Shown one piece after another: positions 8,616 through 18,161 of a stretch of DNA of 64,000 nt. The stretch's first letter is position 1, and each line of letters begins with the position of its first letter. The stretch is from an uncultured Spirochaetota bacterium. GTDB lineage: Bacteria > Spirochaetota > Spirochaetia > JAFGXN01. The translations under genes and the position numbers were made by a program. The DNA lies in the NCBI GenBank assembly GCA_944390005.1, contig CALXOJ010000010.1, positions 610 through 64,609 on the forward strand, read 5' to 3'. The notes under the pieces are model-generated. The model made no database searches and had not been told where the DNA came from. It saw only the letters and a list, made by a program, of their open reading frames with translations.

Positions 8616-9437
8616 ATGAGATTTTCGAGTTTGCATTGTCATACAACGTTTTCGGACGGAAAGGCGTCTGCCGAGGAGATGGTGCGCGCGGCGGTTGCAA
8701 AGGGGTTTGACGCAATCGGTTTTTCCGATCACGGGCCGATTACAGTCGACTGCGCCTGCAATATGCGTGCCGAGGATTTTGCCGCATATCGAGACGAAGT
8801 GCGGCGGCTGCAAACGCTTTTTCGCGGGCAAATCGATGTGCTGTTTGGTTTGGAGTGCGATTGGCTGAAAGGAATTCAACCGATGAGTTTTTACGACGCA
8901 TTTGAGACCGATTACCGTATCGGCAGCGTTCATTTTCTTTGTTTCGACGGGGAAGCGGTGGCGGTCGATTTTTCCGCCGAATCGCAGGAACGAATGGTGA
9001 CGTCGCAGTTTAACGGCGACTGGGAGGCATTTGTCCTTGATTATTACCGCAATGTTGAAGCGATGACAGCTGCCGGCGGCTTTGAAATTCTCGGTCACCT
9101 TGATTTGGTGCGAAAGTTCAACGAAGGCGGCCGCCTGTACAGTGAAAAAGCGGCGGCTTTCAACACGGCGGTCGCCCGCATATTGGAGGCGGCGGCGGAC
9201 AACCGAATCGCGGTCGAGGTTAACACCGGCGCTGTCGGCCGCGGTTGGCGGAGTTCTCCGTATCCCGCGTTTTGGATTTTAAAAGAGTGCCGACGCCGTC
9301 ATTTGCCGGTTGTGCTGAATTCCGACGCCCATACGCCGGCCGGTCTTGATGCGTTTTATCCGCAGGCGCTTGATTTGCTGCGCGAAGCCGGTTACGATGG
9401 CGAACCGACGGGGCTGTTAAGGCTGTTTAAGAGGTAA
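8616..9437 (+). CDS. PHP-domain phosphoesterase, histidinol-phosphatase (HisJ) family
   Basis: N-terminus LHCHTTFSDG...FSDHGP and C-terminal NSDAH are typical PHP metal ligands. Confidence 0.8.
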   Translation: MRFSSLHCHTTFSDGKASAEEMVRAAVAKGFDAIGFSDHGPITVDCACNMRAEDFAAYRDEVRRLQTLFRGQIDVLFGLECDWLKGIQPMSFYDAFETDYRIGSVHFLCFDGEAVAVDFSAESQERMVTSQFNGDWEAFVLDYYRNVEAMTAAGGFEILGHLDLVRKFNEGGRLYSEKAAAFNTAVARILEAAADNRIAVEVNTGAVGRGWRSSPYPAFWILKECRRRHLPVVLNSDAHTPAGLDAFYPQALDLLREAGYDGEPTGLLRLFKR

Positions 9438-9691
9438 AAAACAATAATTTTTATCAAGATTAACAAAATTTTAAAAAAAAGATTGTATTTTATGTAAATC
9501 TTAATGTAAAATATAAAAGTAAGTTGTATTGATTCAATTTTAACGACTTTTCGGACGAGAATGAAAGAGAGGTGTTTTGATTGAGAGGAAATGATTGACG
9601 CGCTTTTGTTCCTGTTTGTGAGTCAATCGGTTTGTCGAAATTCGGTATTAAATGAATTCGATTTCGGCATTATTATTTAAGGAGTATAAAA

Positions 9692-11593
9692 ATGAGTGTA
9701 AAATCGGTTTTTTTAAAGGGCTTAATGGTTGCCGGATTGGTTTTGGGTTGTGAACAGACGGTTGATCCGGTGGTTATCACCTTTGATTCCAATAATGGAA
9801 CTTTATCGGCAGTCGAGCAGGAGGTTATGCCGGGGGAACCGGTTAAATTGAAAGCCAATTCTTTTACTTATGAAGGATATGATTTTGTTGAATGGAATGA
9901 AAAATCGGACGGATCGGGGAAAAAATATCCTGACGGCGGAGAGATTACCGTCAATGCGGCATTGATTTTGTTTGCGCAATGGTCGCCGGTTAAACCTCAA
10001 AAACCGCAGTCTGTAGAGATCTTTCTTAGCGGAACAACTGTTAAATTAACTTTGACAGCTCCGACCGATACATTTTGGGATAAGGTTGTTGTCAGGCAGA
10101 ATGGCGTGGATGTGAAGATATTCGAGAGAAAAGATCTGGGAAATTACGATGCGTCAAATCCTCCCAAACTTACTTATACTGCTGAAAATCTGACGGACGG
10201 AAATTATGTTTTTGAAATCGTTGTTTACAATCAGGAGACGGCAAGCGATCCGGAGACTGAGGAAGTGACCATCGGCAGCGGCGGCGGAGTAACGGATCCC
10301 GATCCTGAAGATCCGCCCGTTGAGGGAGAAGTATTTGATGTAACGGCGGGAGAGGCTTCTTTTGATGGGGCGGCCGGCTTGAATTTGCCTTTTACGGCGG
10401 GTGAAGGCTTTGTTATGCCGGAAGCGGTAACGCTCTCTGTCACGCTGACAGCGGGAGAGGATCAAGTGCCTGTCACCGAAAATGTTGCGTTTAACGAAGA
10501 TAAAACGGCAGTCGTTGTGCCGGCGGCATCATTGACAGTCGGAAATTATACTGCCGTGACATTGACTTTGAGTGCCGACGGTTATGCGTCTAAAACCTTG
10601 AATTATTCATATAGCTTTACTGTTGCCGAAGAACCCGATGCGACTGAAATATCGAATTTAACAGCATCGCCTGCCGATGAAAGCGTTGTGTTGACTTGGA
10701 CTTTACCCACCGGGGAATTCGATTCTTTCGTTATCAGCTGTTCAAGTGACACCGACCCTGCACAGATTGTCGATCAAACGATCAGAGACAATACGGCGAC
10801 CACACACACTTTTATCGGACTGCAAAACGGCGGCAGCTACACTTTTACGGTTAAAACAGTGAGCGGCGGTCAAAATTCGGCGGGCGTTTCAACGCAAACC
10901 GTCAGCTTGCCCAATATTCCGGAGACAATTGAGAGAAGCGGTAAAACGCTGCATTTGGTCAAAGGGTTTGATTTTAACTCAGACGATTTACTCTCAATGC
11001 AGGGCGGCGTTGCAACAGGTCACCCCGACGCAGGAGGTACTCCTGTGTCTGCAAATTTCAGCGAGGAGGGATATTTTTCTTTTACAACAACCGCTTCCGA
11101 TGTATCTGCCACCAATTATCAATATCCGTTGGAAATCGGTCAAAATACCGCTACCTATGCCGAGATCAGGTTTTGCTATGAGGGAAATACTCCTGCCGGA
11201 AGCGTCGGATTGGGAACAACTTCAGCAAAAGATGGAGAGGGCATCAATAATAACGGATGGAAAGATGAATTTCTTTATACTAATAAAAGCAATGACGACT
11301 CGACCAAAGAGGGCACTTTGTATTTTCGATGTCAAGGCGGAGACCCGGGAGTTTTGGCATACAATTTAACGGACGGACACTCTCCCGGAATGTGGATTCG
11401 CTCGGGGATCGACTTTTCCGGAGGTACGCAAAAAACTTATTATGTGCAGGGTGATACAAAAGGCTCCATGTCAAATAATCATGATTTATCTTCAAAATCG
11501 AAATATTGGCTTTACATCGGTCAGGAAAACAAGATAGCACATGAGAGCACCATCACTCTTGACTGGATTGCTTTCTATGCAGAATCTCAATAA
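9692..11593 (+). CDS. surface lipoprotein with a Listeria-Bacteroides repeat, FN3-like modules and a C-terminal jelly-roll-like module
   Basis: Lipobox LVLGC. The Flg_new-type repeat reads ITFDSNNGT...YEGYDFVEWNEKSDGSGKKY...LFAQW. SD AAGGAG lies upstream. Confidence 0.7.
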   Translation: MSVKSVFLKGLMVAGLVLGCEQTVDPVVITFDSNNGTLSAVEQEVMPGEPVKLKANSFTYEGYDFVEWNEKSDGSGKKYPDGGEITVNAALILFAQWSPVKPQKPQSVEIFLSGTTVKLTLTAPTDTFWDKVVVRQNGVDVKIFERKDLGNYDASNPPKLTYTAENLTDGNYVFEIVVYNQETASDPETEEVTIGSGGGVTDPDPEDPPVEGEVFDVTAGEASFDGAAGLNLPFTAGEGFVMPEAVTLSVTLTAGEDQVPVTENVAFNEDKTAVVVPAASLTVGNYTAVTLTLSADGYASKTLNYSYSFTVAEEPDATEISNLTASPADESVVLTWTLPTGEFDSFVISCSSDTDPAQIVDQTIRDNTATTHTFIGLQNGGSYTFTVKTVSGGQNSAGVSTQTVSLPNIPETIERSGKTLHLVKGFDFNSDDLLSMQGGVATGHPDAGGTPVSANFSEEGYFSFTTTASDVSATNYQYPLEIGQNTATYAEIRFCYEGNTPAGSVGLGTTSAKDGEGINNNGWKDEFLYTNKSNDDSTKEGTLYFRCQGGDPGVLAYNLTDGHSPGMWIRSGIDFSGGTQKTYYVQGDTKGSMSNNHDLSSKSKYWLYIGQENKIAHESTITLDWIAFYAESQ

Positions 11594-11626
11594 GGATATA
11601 AAAAGTTTCATTTTTCTTTCTTCCTT

Positions 11627-11660
11627 GACCCGCTTCGGCGGGTCTCTGTTTATTCGGTTT
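11627..11660 (+). terminator. rho-independent terminator
   Basis: Stem gacccgc / loop ttcg / stem gcgggtc, followed by a T-rich tail. Confidence 0.7.
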
Positions 11661-11683
11661 AAATCTGCGGCTTGCTCAGACCA

Positions 11684-11717
11684 CAAAAAAACCGCCGCAA
11701 AATGCGGCGGCGTTGTG
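11684..11717 (-). terminator. rho-independent terminator of the minus-strand operon ending with thioredoxin
   Basis: Stem ccgccgc (11692-98) pairs with gcggcgg (11704-10). On the minus strand it is followed by T7. Confidence 0.75.
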
Positions 11718-11728
11718 GTTCCTGTCGG

Positions 11729-12133
11729 TCATTGATTTTCGACAGCTTGAACCACTTTTTTTACCCACGTATCGAAGGTTTTTTCGCTGCGGGGGTAAGT
11801 AGTGAATTTAGCGATGACTTTATTGTCTTTGTAGGCGACAATGTAAGGAATCGAGGTGATTTTGAATGCCGCCGACAGTTTCGGGCAGGCGTCGGTATCG
11901 ACTTTGACGAAGTTAAGCGACGGATTGGCAGCGGCAACTGCTTCAAAAACCGGTGCGAATTGTTTGCACGGACCGCACCAGTCGGCGTAAAAGTCGATAA
12001 AAACCAGTTTGCCTTTCGTTTCGGACGCAAAATTGTTATCGTTCAAAACAGTGTAAGGAATTCCTCCTTCGGCAGCAAACAGAGCGGCGGGCGTCAACGC
12101 GCACAGCAGCAACAATAAAATTCGTTTCTTCAT
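11729..12133 (-). CDS. exported thioredoxin-family protein
   Basis: Signal peptide MKKRILLLLLCALTPAALFA and active site WCGPC. Confidence 0.85.
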   Translation of the reverse strand: MKKRILLLLLCALTPAALFAAEGGIPYTVLNDNNFASETKGKLVFIDFYADWCGPCKQFAPVFEAVAAANPSLNFVKVDTDACPKLSAAFKITSIPYIVAYKDNKVIAKFTTYPRSEKTFDTWVKKVVQAVENQ

Positions 12134-13446
12134 AATAAACTCCTTTTTTCCGGTTTCGGATTAATCGCAAAGAGATTTCCGGCAAAAAACAGTCCGTACA
12201 TCGGAAGGACGGTCATCAGAATCATCCGGCTCGATTGTCGGATGGTACCGGTTTCTTCCAAAATAAGCAAAATGACCGCGCCTGTCAAGCACAAAAACCA
12301 GCCTACGGTGCAGAAAGCGCGGGCGTAGCGTCTTCCCGCAGCGTAGCGGATTGAGGCGAAAATAAGCAGAAGCAGCAACGGTCCGGCGGCCAGCAAATTC
12401 CAGTTTCCGTAGGTACAGTCGAATTCGGTGAATGCCATGAAATGGGTGAGAATGAGGGAGCAGGCGAAGAGAAAGGCAGCGACAGCCGCGGTGAAGATGC
12501 CTCCGAAGATACGCAGTCCGGGGTGGATCGCGGCGATGAGGGCGAAAAATCCGCCGATGGCGCCGACGACAATTCCCATCAGCAGCGCGGGAATCCAGGT
12601 GGCAGCAGGAGTTTGGCGAATAATCGGCATATCGTCACCGGCTTCGGCGACGGTTCTGCGTTCGGAAACCAACGGCACGGCACGGCCTTCTCCGTCGGTG
12701 TAAGAGACGGTTGGCAGGACTTTCAGCATTTCCGGCGGCATAAAAAGCGTTTCCCAAACCGTTGCGGTGTGGTCCATCGGCGGACCGAGTACGTAATCAA
12801 AACCCCATTCGGTCCAAAAACGGTTGTCAAGATAACGAAAAAGGTGTTCACGCAGCGTGTATTCGGTTTCAGCGGATGCGATTTCATACAGCTGTCCGTC
12901 AAGCGCCATATCGATAATGTCGCGTAAAATCGTCGAACAGTTATTGGTAAAAAAATTGTATCGATAAAGAGAGTTTTCCGGTTTAACGTTTTCCCGCAGG
13001 TATTTGACGGCGCGCATTTTCCCTTCCGGCGGCAGGTTGAGCGTCAAAATATCCACCGATCGGTGTTGAGCTTGATAAGGAAATCGCAGCGAATAAACCG
13101 GATCGGATGCCATAACGGCATAATTCATGATTCCGAATGCGAAATCTTTGAAAAATCCTTTTTGGCGCATATCGAAAATTCCGTAGTCATACATCGTTTG
13201 AAACGGTTTTTCTAAATCGAGTAAGTCGGCGGCGTTTTCAGGCGAGGGAATTTCTTCAACAATCATGGCGCAGTGTCCCCATGCCGAATAAAGCGGCCAA
13301 TCGGGACCCATGACCGCCAAAGAAACGGTAAAACGGCGGGCGTCGGCAATCTCTTGTGCAGTAACGGACGGATAATCCTGCGGTGCAATTTGAGCGGCTG
13401 CGCAGACGGCGACCGATAAAAACAGAATAATCGACAGTTTTTTCAT
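12130..13446 (-). CDS. DUF4105-like membrane protein: periplasmic N-domain plus C-terminal TM bundle
   Basis: Signal peptide present; AWGHCAMIV and YNFFTNNCST motifs resemble DUF4105/Lnb. The C-terminus has about 4 TM helices. ATGA overlap with the thioredoxin gene. Confidence 0.5.
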   Translation of the reverse strand: MKKLSIILFLSVAVCAAAQIAPQDYPSVTAQEIADARRFTVSLAVMGPDWPLYSAWGHCAMIVEEIPSPENAADLLDLEKPFQTMYDYGIFDMRQKGFFKDFAFGIMNYAVMASDPVYSLRFPYQAQHRSVDILTLNLPPEGKMRAVKYLRENVKPENSLYRYNFFTNNCSTILRDIIDMALDGQLYEIASAETEYTLREHLFRYLDNRFWTEWGFDYVLGPPMDHTATVWETLFMPPEMLKVLPTVSYTDGEGRAVPLVSERRTVAEAGDDMPIIRQTPAATWIPALLMGIVVGAIGGFFALIAAIHPGLRIFGGIFTAAVAAFLFACSLILTHFMAFTEFDCTYGNWNLLAAGPLLLLLIFASIRYAAGRRYARAFCTVGWFLCLTGAVILLILEETGTIRQSSRMILMTVLPMYGLFFAGNLFAINPKPEKRSLL

Positions 13447-13455
13447 GAAATCAGT

Positions 13456-14406
13456 TTAGCACGGAATCAAAATCTCTTCAATATTATTTTTTTCAAGAAG
13501 AATCATCAGAAGACGGTCGACTCCTAACGCATTTCCTGAGCACAATCCGAGACGGCCGCATGCTTCAATAAATTCTTCGTCAGCGGGCGCTCCCTGAACG
13601 GCGGCTTCGTTTTTTAAAACGGAGCGCAGGCGGCTGACGTCGGTCTCTTCCGTGTAACAGTTGCAGAGTTCGCAGCCGTTGAAATACAGTTCCCACCGCT
13701 GAGAAAATCGGCGGTCGCTCTGCAGGGCGGCGGTGGTCGGAACAAACGACGGATAGCCGATAACGGCGACAGGACGGTCTTTCGGCAGCTGCGGTTCAAT
13801 GCGGTCGACAAAGAGCAGATGGAAGAGATCGGCTGCGCTGTCTTTGCGTTCGTCCGCTTTCAATCCGAGTTTGCGGCAGAATTCGGTCAGCCGCCGCCGC
13901 GTTTCATCTTCGTTGCCGACAGCAAGGATTGACAGCGGCGTTCCGAGAAAAGTTCCAAACAGTTCGTCAACGGTGAGTTTCAAAAACGGTCGGCGCACGG
14001 GTTGAGGGCCGAACGGCAGTTCGGCGAACAGCGTTTCGGTTAAATCCAGCGTTTGGAAACAGTCAGCGTTGCGCAGATAATATTCGAGCATGGTAAATTC
14101 ACGGCTGTGAATGCCGGTTTTGACTTCACCGTTTCGAAACGATTTTCCGATTTGAAAAATTGACAGTCCGGGTTCAGCTGCCAGCACCTTTTTCATGGTG
14201 ACTTCCGGCGAAGGAATGAGAAACAGCGGCTGCCGTCCGCCGAAACCGTCGTCGCTTTCGGTGCGGAACAGGCGGATGCTGCCTTCGGGAACTGTCTTTT
14301 CCACCAACAGCGGCGTTTCGATTTCAAGAAAGCCGCGGTCGGAGAAAAAACGGCGTAGGAACGCAGTCAGCTCGTTGCGCCGGCGGATGATTTCCGTCGC
14401 AATCAT
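13456..14406 (-). CDS. class II LysRS-like catalytic-core paralog (EpmA/GenX-like EF-P lysyl ligase)
   Basis: About 316 aa with no anticodon domain. Class II motifs are present: IETPLL, FRNGE...REFTMLEYY and GNALGVDRLLM. Confidence 0.6.
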   Translation of the reverse strand: MIATEIIRRRNELTAFLRRFFSDRGFLEIETPLLVEKTVPEGSIRLFRTESDDGFGGRQPLFLIPSPEVTMKKVLAAEPGLSIFQIGKSFRNGEVKTGIHSREFTMLEYYLRNADCFQTLDLTETLFAELPFGPQPVRRPFLKLTVDELFGTFLGTPLSILAVGNEDETRRRLTEFCRKLGLKADERKDSAADLFHLLFVDRIEPQLPKDRPVAVIGYPSFVPTTAALQSDRRFSQRWELYFNGCELCNCYTEETDVSRLRSVLKNEAAVQGAPADEEFIEACGRLGLCSGNALGVDRLLMILLEKNNIEEILIPC

Positions 14407-15467
14407 TTTCTTTTTTTCTTAAACAGAGAAAAGAGGGATTTTTTCTCTGTCTTTTTATCTGCGTCGGGAATTTTGAAATTTTCGACCGGAGCTCCGAATT
14501 TTTTCTCATAAAGCCGACTGCCGATAACCAGTGCGGCGCCGCCGACCATCATCAAAAAGCAGAGCAGCTGCCCCATCGAAAAGTTGAGCCAGCTTTGAAC
14601 GATTTCGGTCGGCGCATTTCCGGCGCCGCGGCCCGGACCGAGAATGAAACCGAGAGACGCATCCGGTTCGCGAAAGTATTCGATGAAAAAGCGAAAAAAT
14701 CCATAACCGATAAAGTAAAAACCGGCGATTTGTCCGTCGGATTTTTTCAGCCGCCGCCCGACAAACCACAACAGCAGAAAAAGAACAACACCTTCAAAAA
14801 TCATTTCGTAGATTTGCGACGGATGGCGCGGAAGGTTGATGAAACCGTTGCGCATGAATTCAGCAGCGTATTGAGGCCCTAATTCGCTTGCGGTTTCCCT
14901 CACCCACTCCTTGTTCATGGAAAGCGGCGTAGCGTTGGGGAAAACCATGCCCCATGGCGCAGTGGTGACCCGGCCCCAAAGTTCGCCGTTGATAAAATTC
15001 CCCAACCGACCAAACGTGTAGCCGAGCGGAACCGCCAACGCGAGCATATCGGCCCATTTACGGAATGAAAGCTTTTTTACTCGGCAGTAAATCACAATTG
15101 CGACCACCAAACCAACAGCGCCGCCGTGGTAACTCATTCCCTGCAAACCGACAAATTTTCCATCGGAAAACGGCCAAAAAATCAGCCACGGCTGCAGCCA
15201 GTAGTTCGGTCCGTAACCGGAAAAGTTGTCGTGATAAATCAGCGTCGAAAAAATGCGGGCGCCGAGCAGTAATCCGAGAATACCGGAGTAAAAAAGTCCG
15301 TCGACCAACTCTTTCGGATATTGGGTTTTGTCCCGCTTCACTTGATAAATCAAAATAAAGTAAGCAACGGCAAACGCGACAATATACATCAATCCGTACC
15401 AGCGCACCGGCAGACCGGGAATGATTTCGGGTTTGATCCAATCGGGGTATCGAATGAAAGCGAACAT
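14403..15467 (-). CDS. lgt: prolipoprotein diacylglyceryl transferase
   Basis: YGLMYIVAF, SYHGGAVG and GRLGNFINGELWGR motifs; polytopic membrane protein. Confidence 0.9.
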   Translation of the reverse strand: MFAFIRYPDWIKPEIIPGLPVRWYGLMYIVAFAVAYFILIYQVKRDKTQYPKELVDGLFYSGILGLLLGARIFSTLIYHDNFSGYGPNYWLQPWLIFWPFSDGKFVGLQGMSYHGGAVGLVVAIVIYCRVKKLSFRKWADMLALAVPLGYTFGRLGNFINGELWGRVTTAPWGMVFPNATPLSMNKEWVRETASELGPQYAAEFMRNGFINLPRHPSQIYEMIFEGVVLFLLLWFVGRRLKKSDGQIAGFYFIGYGFFRFFIEYFREPDASLGFILGPGRGAGNAPTEIVQSWLNFSMGQLLCFLMMVGGAALVIGSRLYEKKFGAPVENFKIPDADKKTEKKSLFSLFKKKRK

Positions 15468-15475
15468 AGTTCCTC

Positions 15476-16621
15476 CTAAATCTTAAATCCTTGTTTAATA
15501 GCGGCGGCCAATTTGTTCCGCAGCAGCCGGTTTTCGTTGCGGAGACTTTTCAATTCATACTGCTGCTGTCGAATCAGCTCCAGAAAATCGCTGTCGGTCA
15601 GCACTCCGCTGCGAATCATTTTTTGAATTTCCGCCGCACGGAATTCGAAATCGTTTTCGGCTTCCCGTTCGGCGGTTTGGTAATTTTCTTCAATTTCGGG
15701 ATTCCATTCGCCGCCGGATGTTTCTGTCGGCGCTGTCTGTTCGATTTTCTCGGCGATACGGTAAATTGCCTGCGGAATCAGACTTTCCCTTTTGTAGCGG
15801 ATAATCGGCAGCCGCGATGCTAAAGCGATGTCCTGCAAATGGTCTTTATAAATCACTCCGTAATGATCCAACTCTAAACCGAGGTATTGCTGACAGGAGA
15901 CTTTAATTTTCTGCGCTTTCAAATTGTCTTTTGGTTTTTCCACCATATTCATGATGAGTTTCGGGCGAAAAACGCGGTAAAGACGGTTAAACCGTTCGAA
16001 GTTTTCCGGATCGGCGGTTTTCAGCTTTTCGAATACCGTCGGCAGGTAAATTCGTTGAAGAGCACCCGGATCGGCGGAGATTTCTTCGATAATCGTTCTT
16101 CCGGGAGATTTTCGCGGAAACGAACGGCTGAGAAGACGAAAGACAGCGTTTTTCAAAAACAGATAGGCATTGAGAATTGCTGTTAAATTCGGTGTTGTAA
16201 TGAGAATTCCTTCGGAGGAGAGAAGAAAAAAATCGACAGTCGTCATCGACGTTCCTGCTCCCAAATCAAGAATCAAATAATCAGCTTCCTGTTTGCGCAG
16301 TTGGCGAATCAAACGGTTTTTTTGCGACGTCCTGATGTTGGCTAAGCCGGGCATTTCCCCTTCTCCCGGAAGAAAACGGAGGTTCGAATATTCGGTATCC
16401 AAAATAAGATTGTCGATTGAGGCGTCGGAATCGGAGAAGAAGCAGCCGATGCCTTTGGGAACAGCGCGCAGACCGAGGACTGTGTGCGCGTTAGAGGCGC
16501 CCAAATCCAAATCAGCCAGCAGAACGCGGTTGCCGGCTTCTGCCAAAGCGATGGCCAAATTGACGGAAAAAAGAGATTTTCCTACACCGCCTTTTCCGCT
16601 TGCCACCGGAATGATTCTCAT
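15476..16621 (-). CDS. MinD/ParA/FlhG-family P-loop ATPase with a C-terminal coiled-coil extension
   Basis: Deviant Walker A SGKGGVGKS and DLDLGASN. SD AGGAG lies upstream. Confidence 0.75.
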   Translation of the reverse strand: MRIIPVASGKGGVGKSLFSVNLAIALAEAGNRVLLADLDLGASNAHTVLGLRAVPKGIGCFFSDSDASIDNLILDTEYSNLRFLPGEGEMPGLANIRTSQKNRLIRQLRKQEADYLILDLGAGTSMTTVDFFLLSSEGILITTPNLTAILNAYLFLKNAVFRLLSRSFPRKSPGRTIIEEISADPGALQRIYLPTVFEKLKTADPENFERFNRLYRVFRPKLIMNMVEKPKDNLKAQKIKVSCQQYLGLELDHYGVIYKDHLQDIALASRLPIIRYKRESLIPQAIYRIAEKIEQTAPTETSGGEWNPEIEENYQTAEREAENDFEFRAAEIQKMIRSGVLTDSDFLELIRQQQYELKSLRNENRLLRNKLAAAIKQGFKI

Positions 16622-16742
16622 AAACAGCTCCTAAAAAACGGAAAAAATACGACAAAAAGTTTGACAAATTTCCATTATTTGATAGTATATAATAAAAAGG
16701 CGGAAGAGTCATCCGTTTTTTGTTCCGGAGAGAAATTTCGTT

Positions 16743-18161
16743 ATGAAAATGAAAAGTAAAGTGTTTACCGTTATCAGCGCGTTTGTGTTTTTGGCAGCGC
16801 TTGTTGTTTTTTCCGCTGTAACGGTGAGAACCGTACGCGCACAGTCGCTGCAGGACGCAAAACAGCAACAGCTGCTGCTGCTTTCCTATGTTTATGATTT
16901 TATTCTGAACAATTACGTTGATGAAGTCGATAGTGAAAAACTTTATGAAGGTGCAATGAAAGGAATGCTGGAGGCGCTCGGCGATCCGTATTCGAGCTAT
17001 TTATCGGCGGCTGAAGTGAAGGATTTAAGCAAAAACACCGCGGTCGGCGAATTCGGCGGAATCGGCGTCACCATTCAGAAACTGCCGCCGCAGTGGCTCA
17101 ACGAAAAATCGGAACTGACCGACGGTTATGTCACCATCATTTCTCCGATGGCGGGAACGCCGGGATACAAAGCAGGTTTGCATGCGGGCGATTTTATCAC
17201 CCACGTCGACGGCGAATCGGTCATTCCGTGGACAGCCAACGAAGCGGTTGAACGAATGACCGGTAAACCGGGAACCAAAGTGACGCTGACGATTTTGCGA
17301 AACAAAACCAATGTCTTCGATGTGGAAATTACTCGTGCTATGATTAAAACGCCGACAGTGGAGTCTGCCGATCTTTTTGATTACGGTTATATTCGTTTGA
17401 TTCAATGGACTCCAATGCTGTTGGATGATTTTAAAAAAGCAGTGACGGAACAATTGGAGGCCGGCGTAAAAGGATTGATCATCGATGTGCGCAACAATCC
17501 GGGCGGTTTGCTCGATTCTGTGTGCGATGTGACCGATCTTTTTCTCTCAGACGGCGTTATCGTTTCTACAAAAGGACGGACGCCGAGAAGCATAACGGTT
17601 TACAATGCTGTCGATTCCGATGATTTGATTCCGAAAGAGCTGCCGGTTGCGGTTCTGATCAACAAAGGTTCGGCATCCGCTTCGGAGATCTTTGCCGGAG
17701 CAATGAAAGATTCGGGGCGTGCGGTTATCATCGGAGAAACCAGTTTCGGAAAAGGAAGTGTTCAGGAAGCGCTGTCGTTGGGCGAAGACGGATTCAAGCT
17801 GACAACGGCAAAATATTTTACGCCTTCCGGTGAAAGCATCGATAAAACGGGTGTTAAACCGGATATTGAAGTGACAGAGCCGGAAATGACAGAGGAAGAA
17901 CTGGAAGCCGTCGGCGTTTTGTTAAAAGAAAATTTAATTGAATCGTTTGTCGAGGAAAATCCGAAAGCAAGCGAAGCGGAAATTGACAAATACGTCGACA
18001 CGCTTCAAACCGAAAAGGAAATCGGGTTATCCGACCGGATTTTGAGACGGCTGATTCGCAACGCCGTTTTCAGACGCATGGATTTTCCGCCGGCATACGA
18101 TTACGATTACGATTTACAGCTGCAGAAAGCGGTGGAAATTTTGAATGAAGCGGTTCAATGA
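16743..18161 (+). CDS. carboxyl-terminal processing protease (S41) with PDZ domain
   Basis: GGIGVTI (PDZ), catalytic GSASASEIFAGA, and GKGSVQ. Confidence 0.88.
   Translation: MKMKSKVFTVISAFVFLAALVVFSAVTVRTVRAQSLQDAKQQQLLLLSYVYDFILNNYVDEVDSEKLYEGAMKGMLEALGDPYSSYLSAAEVKDLSKNTAVGEFGGIGVTIQKLPPQWLNEKSELTDGYVTIISPMAGTPGYKAGLHAGDFITHVDGESVIPWTANEAVERMTGKPGTKVTLTILRNKTNVFDVEITRAMIKTPTVESADLFDYGYIRLIQWTPMLLDDFKKAVTEQLEAGVKGLIIDVRNNPGGLLDSVCDVTDLFLSDGVIVSTKGRTPRSITVYNAVDSDDLIPKELPVAVLINKGSASASEIFAGAMKDSGRAVIIGETSFGKGSVQEALSLGEDGFKLTTAKYFTPSGESIDKTGVKPDIEVTEPEMTEEELEAVGVLLKENLIESFVEENPKASEAEIDKYVDTLQTEKEIGLSDRILRRLIRNAVFRRMDFPPAYDYDYDLQLQKAVEILNEAVQ

Noticed and set aside
8394-9098. A 234-aa minus-strand ORF, with similar long antisense ORFs elsewhere. 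Examples are 37444..38160, 54466..55119, 22665..23285, 41606..42190, 18347..18898, 59043..59567, 30199..30720, 12442..12927, 3433..4818 and 63014..63505.
   Set aside because: Each lies entirely antisense to a gene with strong family motifs (PHP, M29, atpB, nfnA, leuS, rsmE, aspA, murA, the DUF4105-like gene, sdhA, and the GH16 lipoprotein). Their translations are Arg/Ser/Pro-rich low-complexity sequences with no SD. They are shadow ORFs.
16700-16722. The hairpin cgga...tccg followed by T6 in the ctp leader, considered as an attenuator.
   Set aside because: The stem is only 4 bp and there is no upstream plus-strand gene to terminate. It is likely fortuitous.
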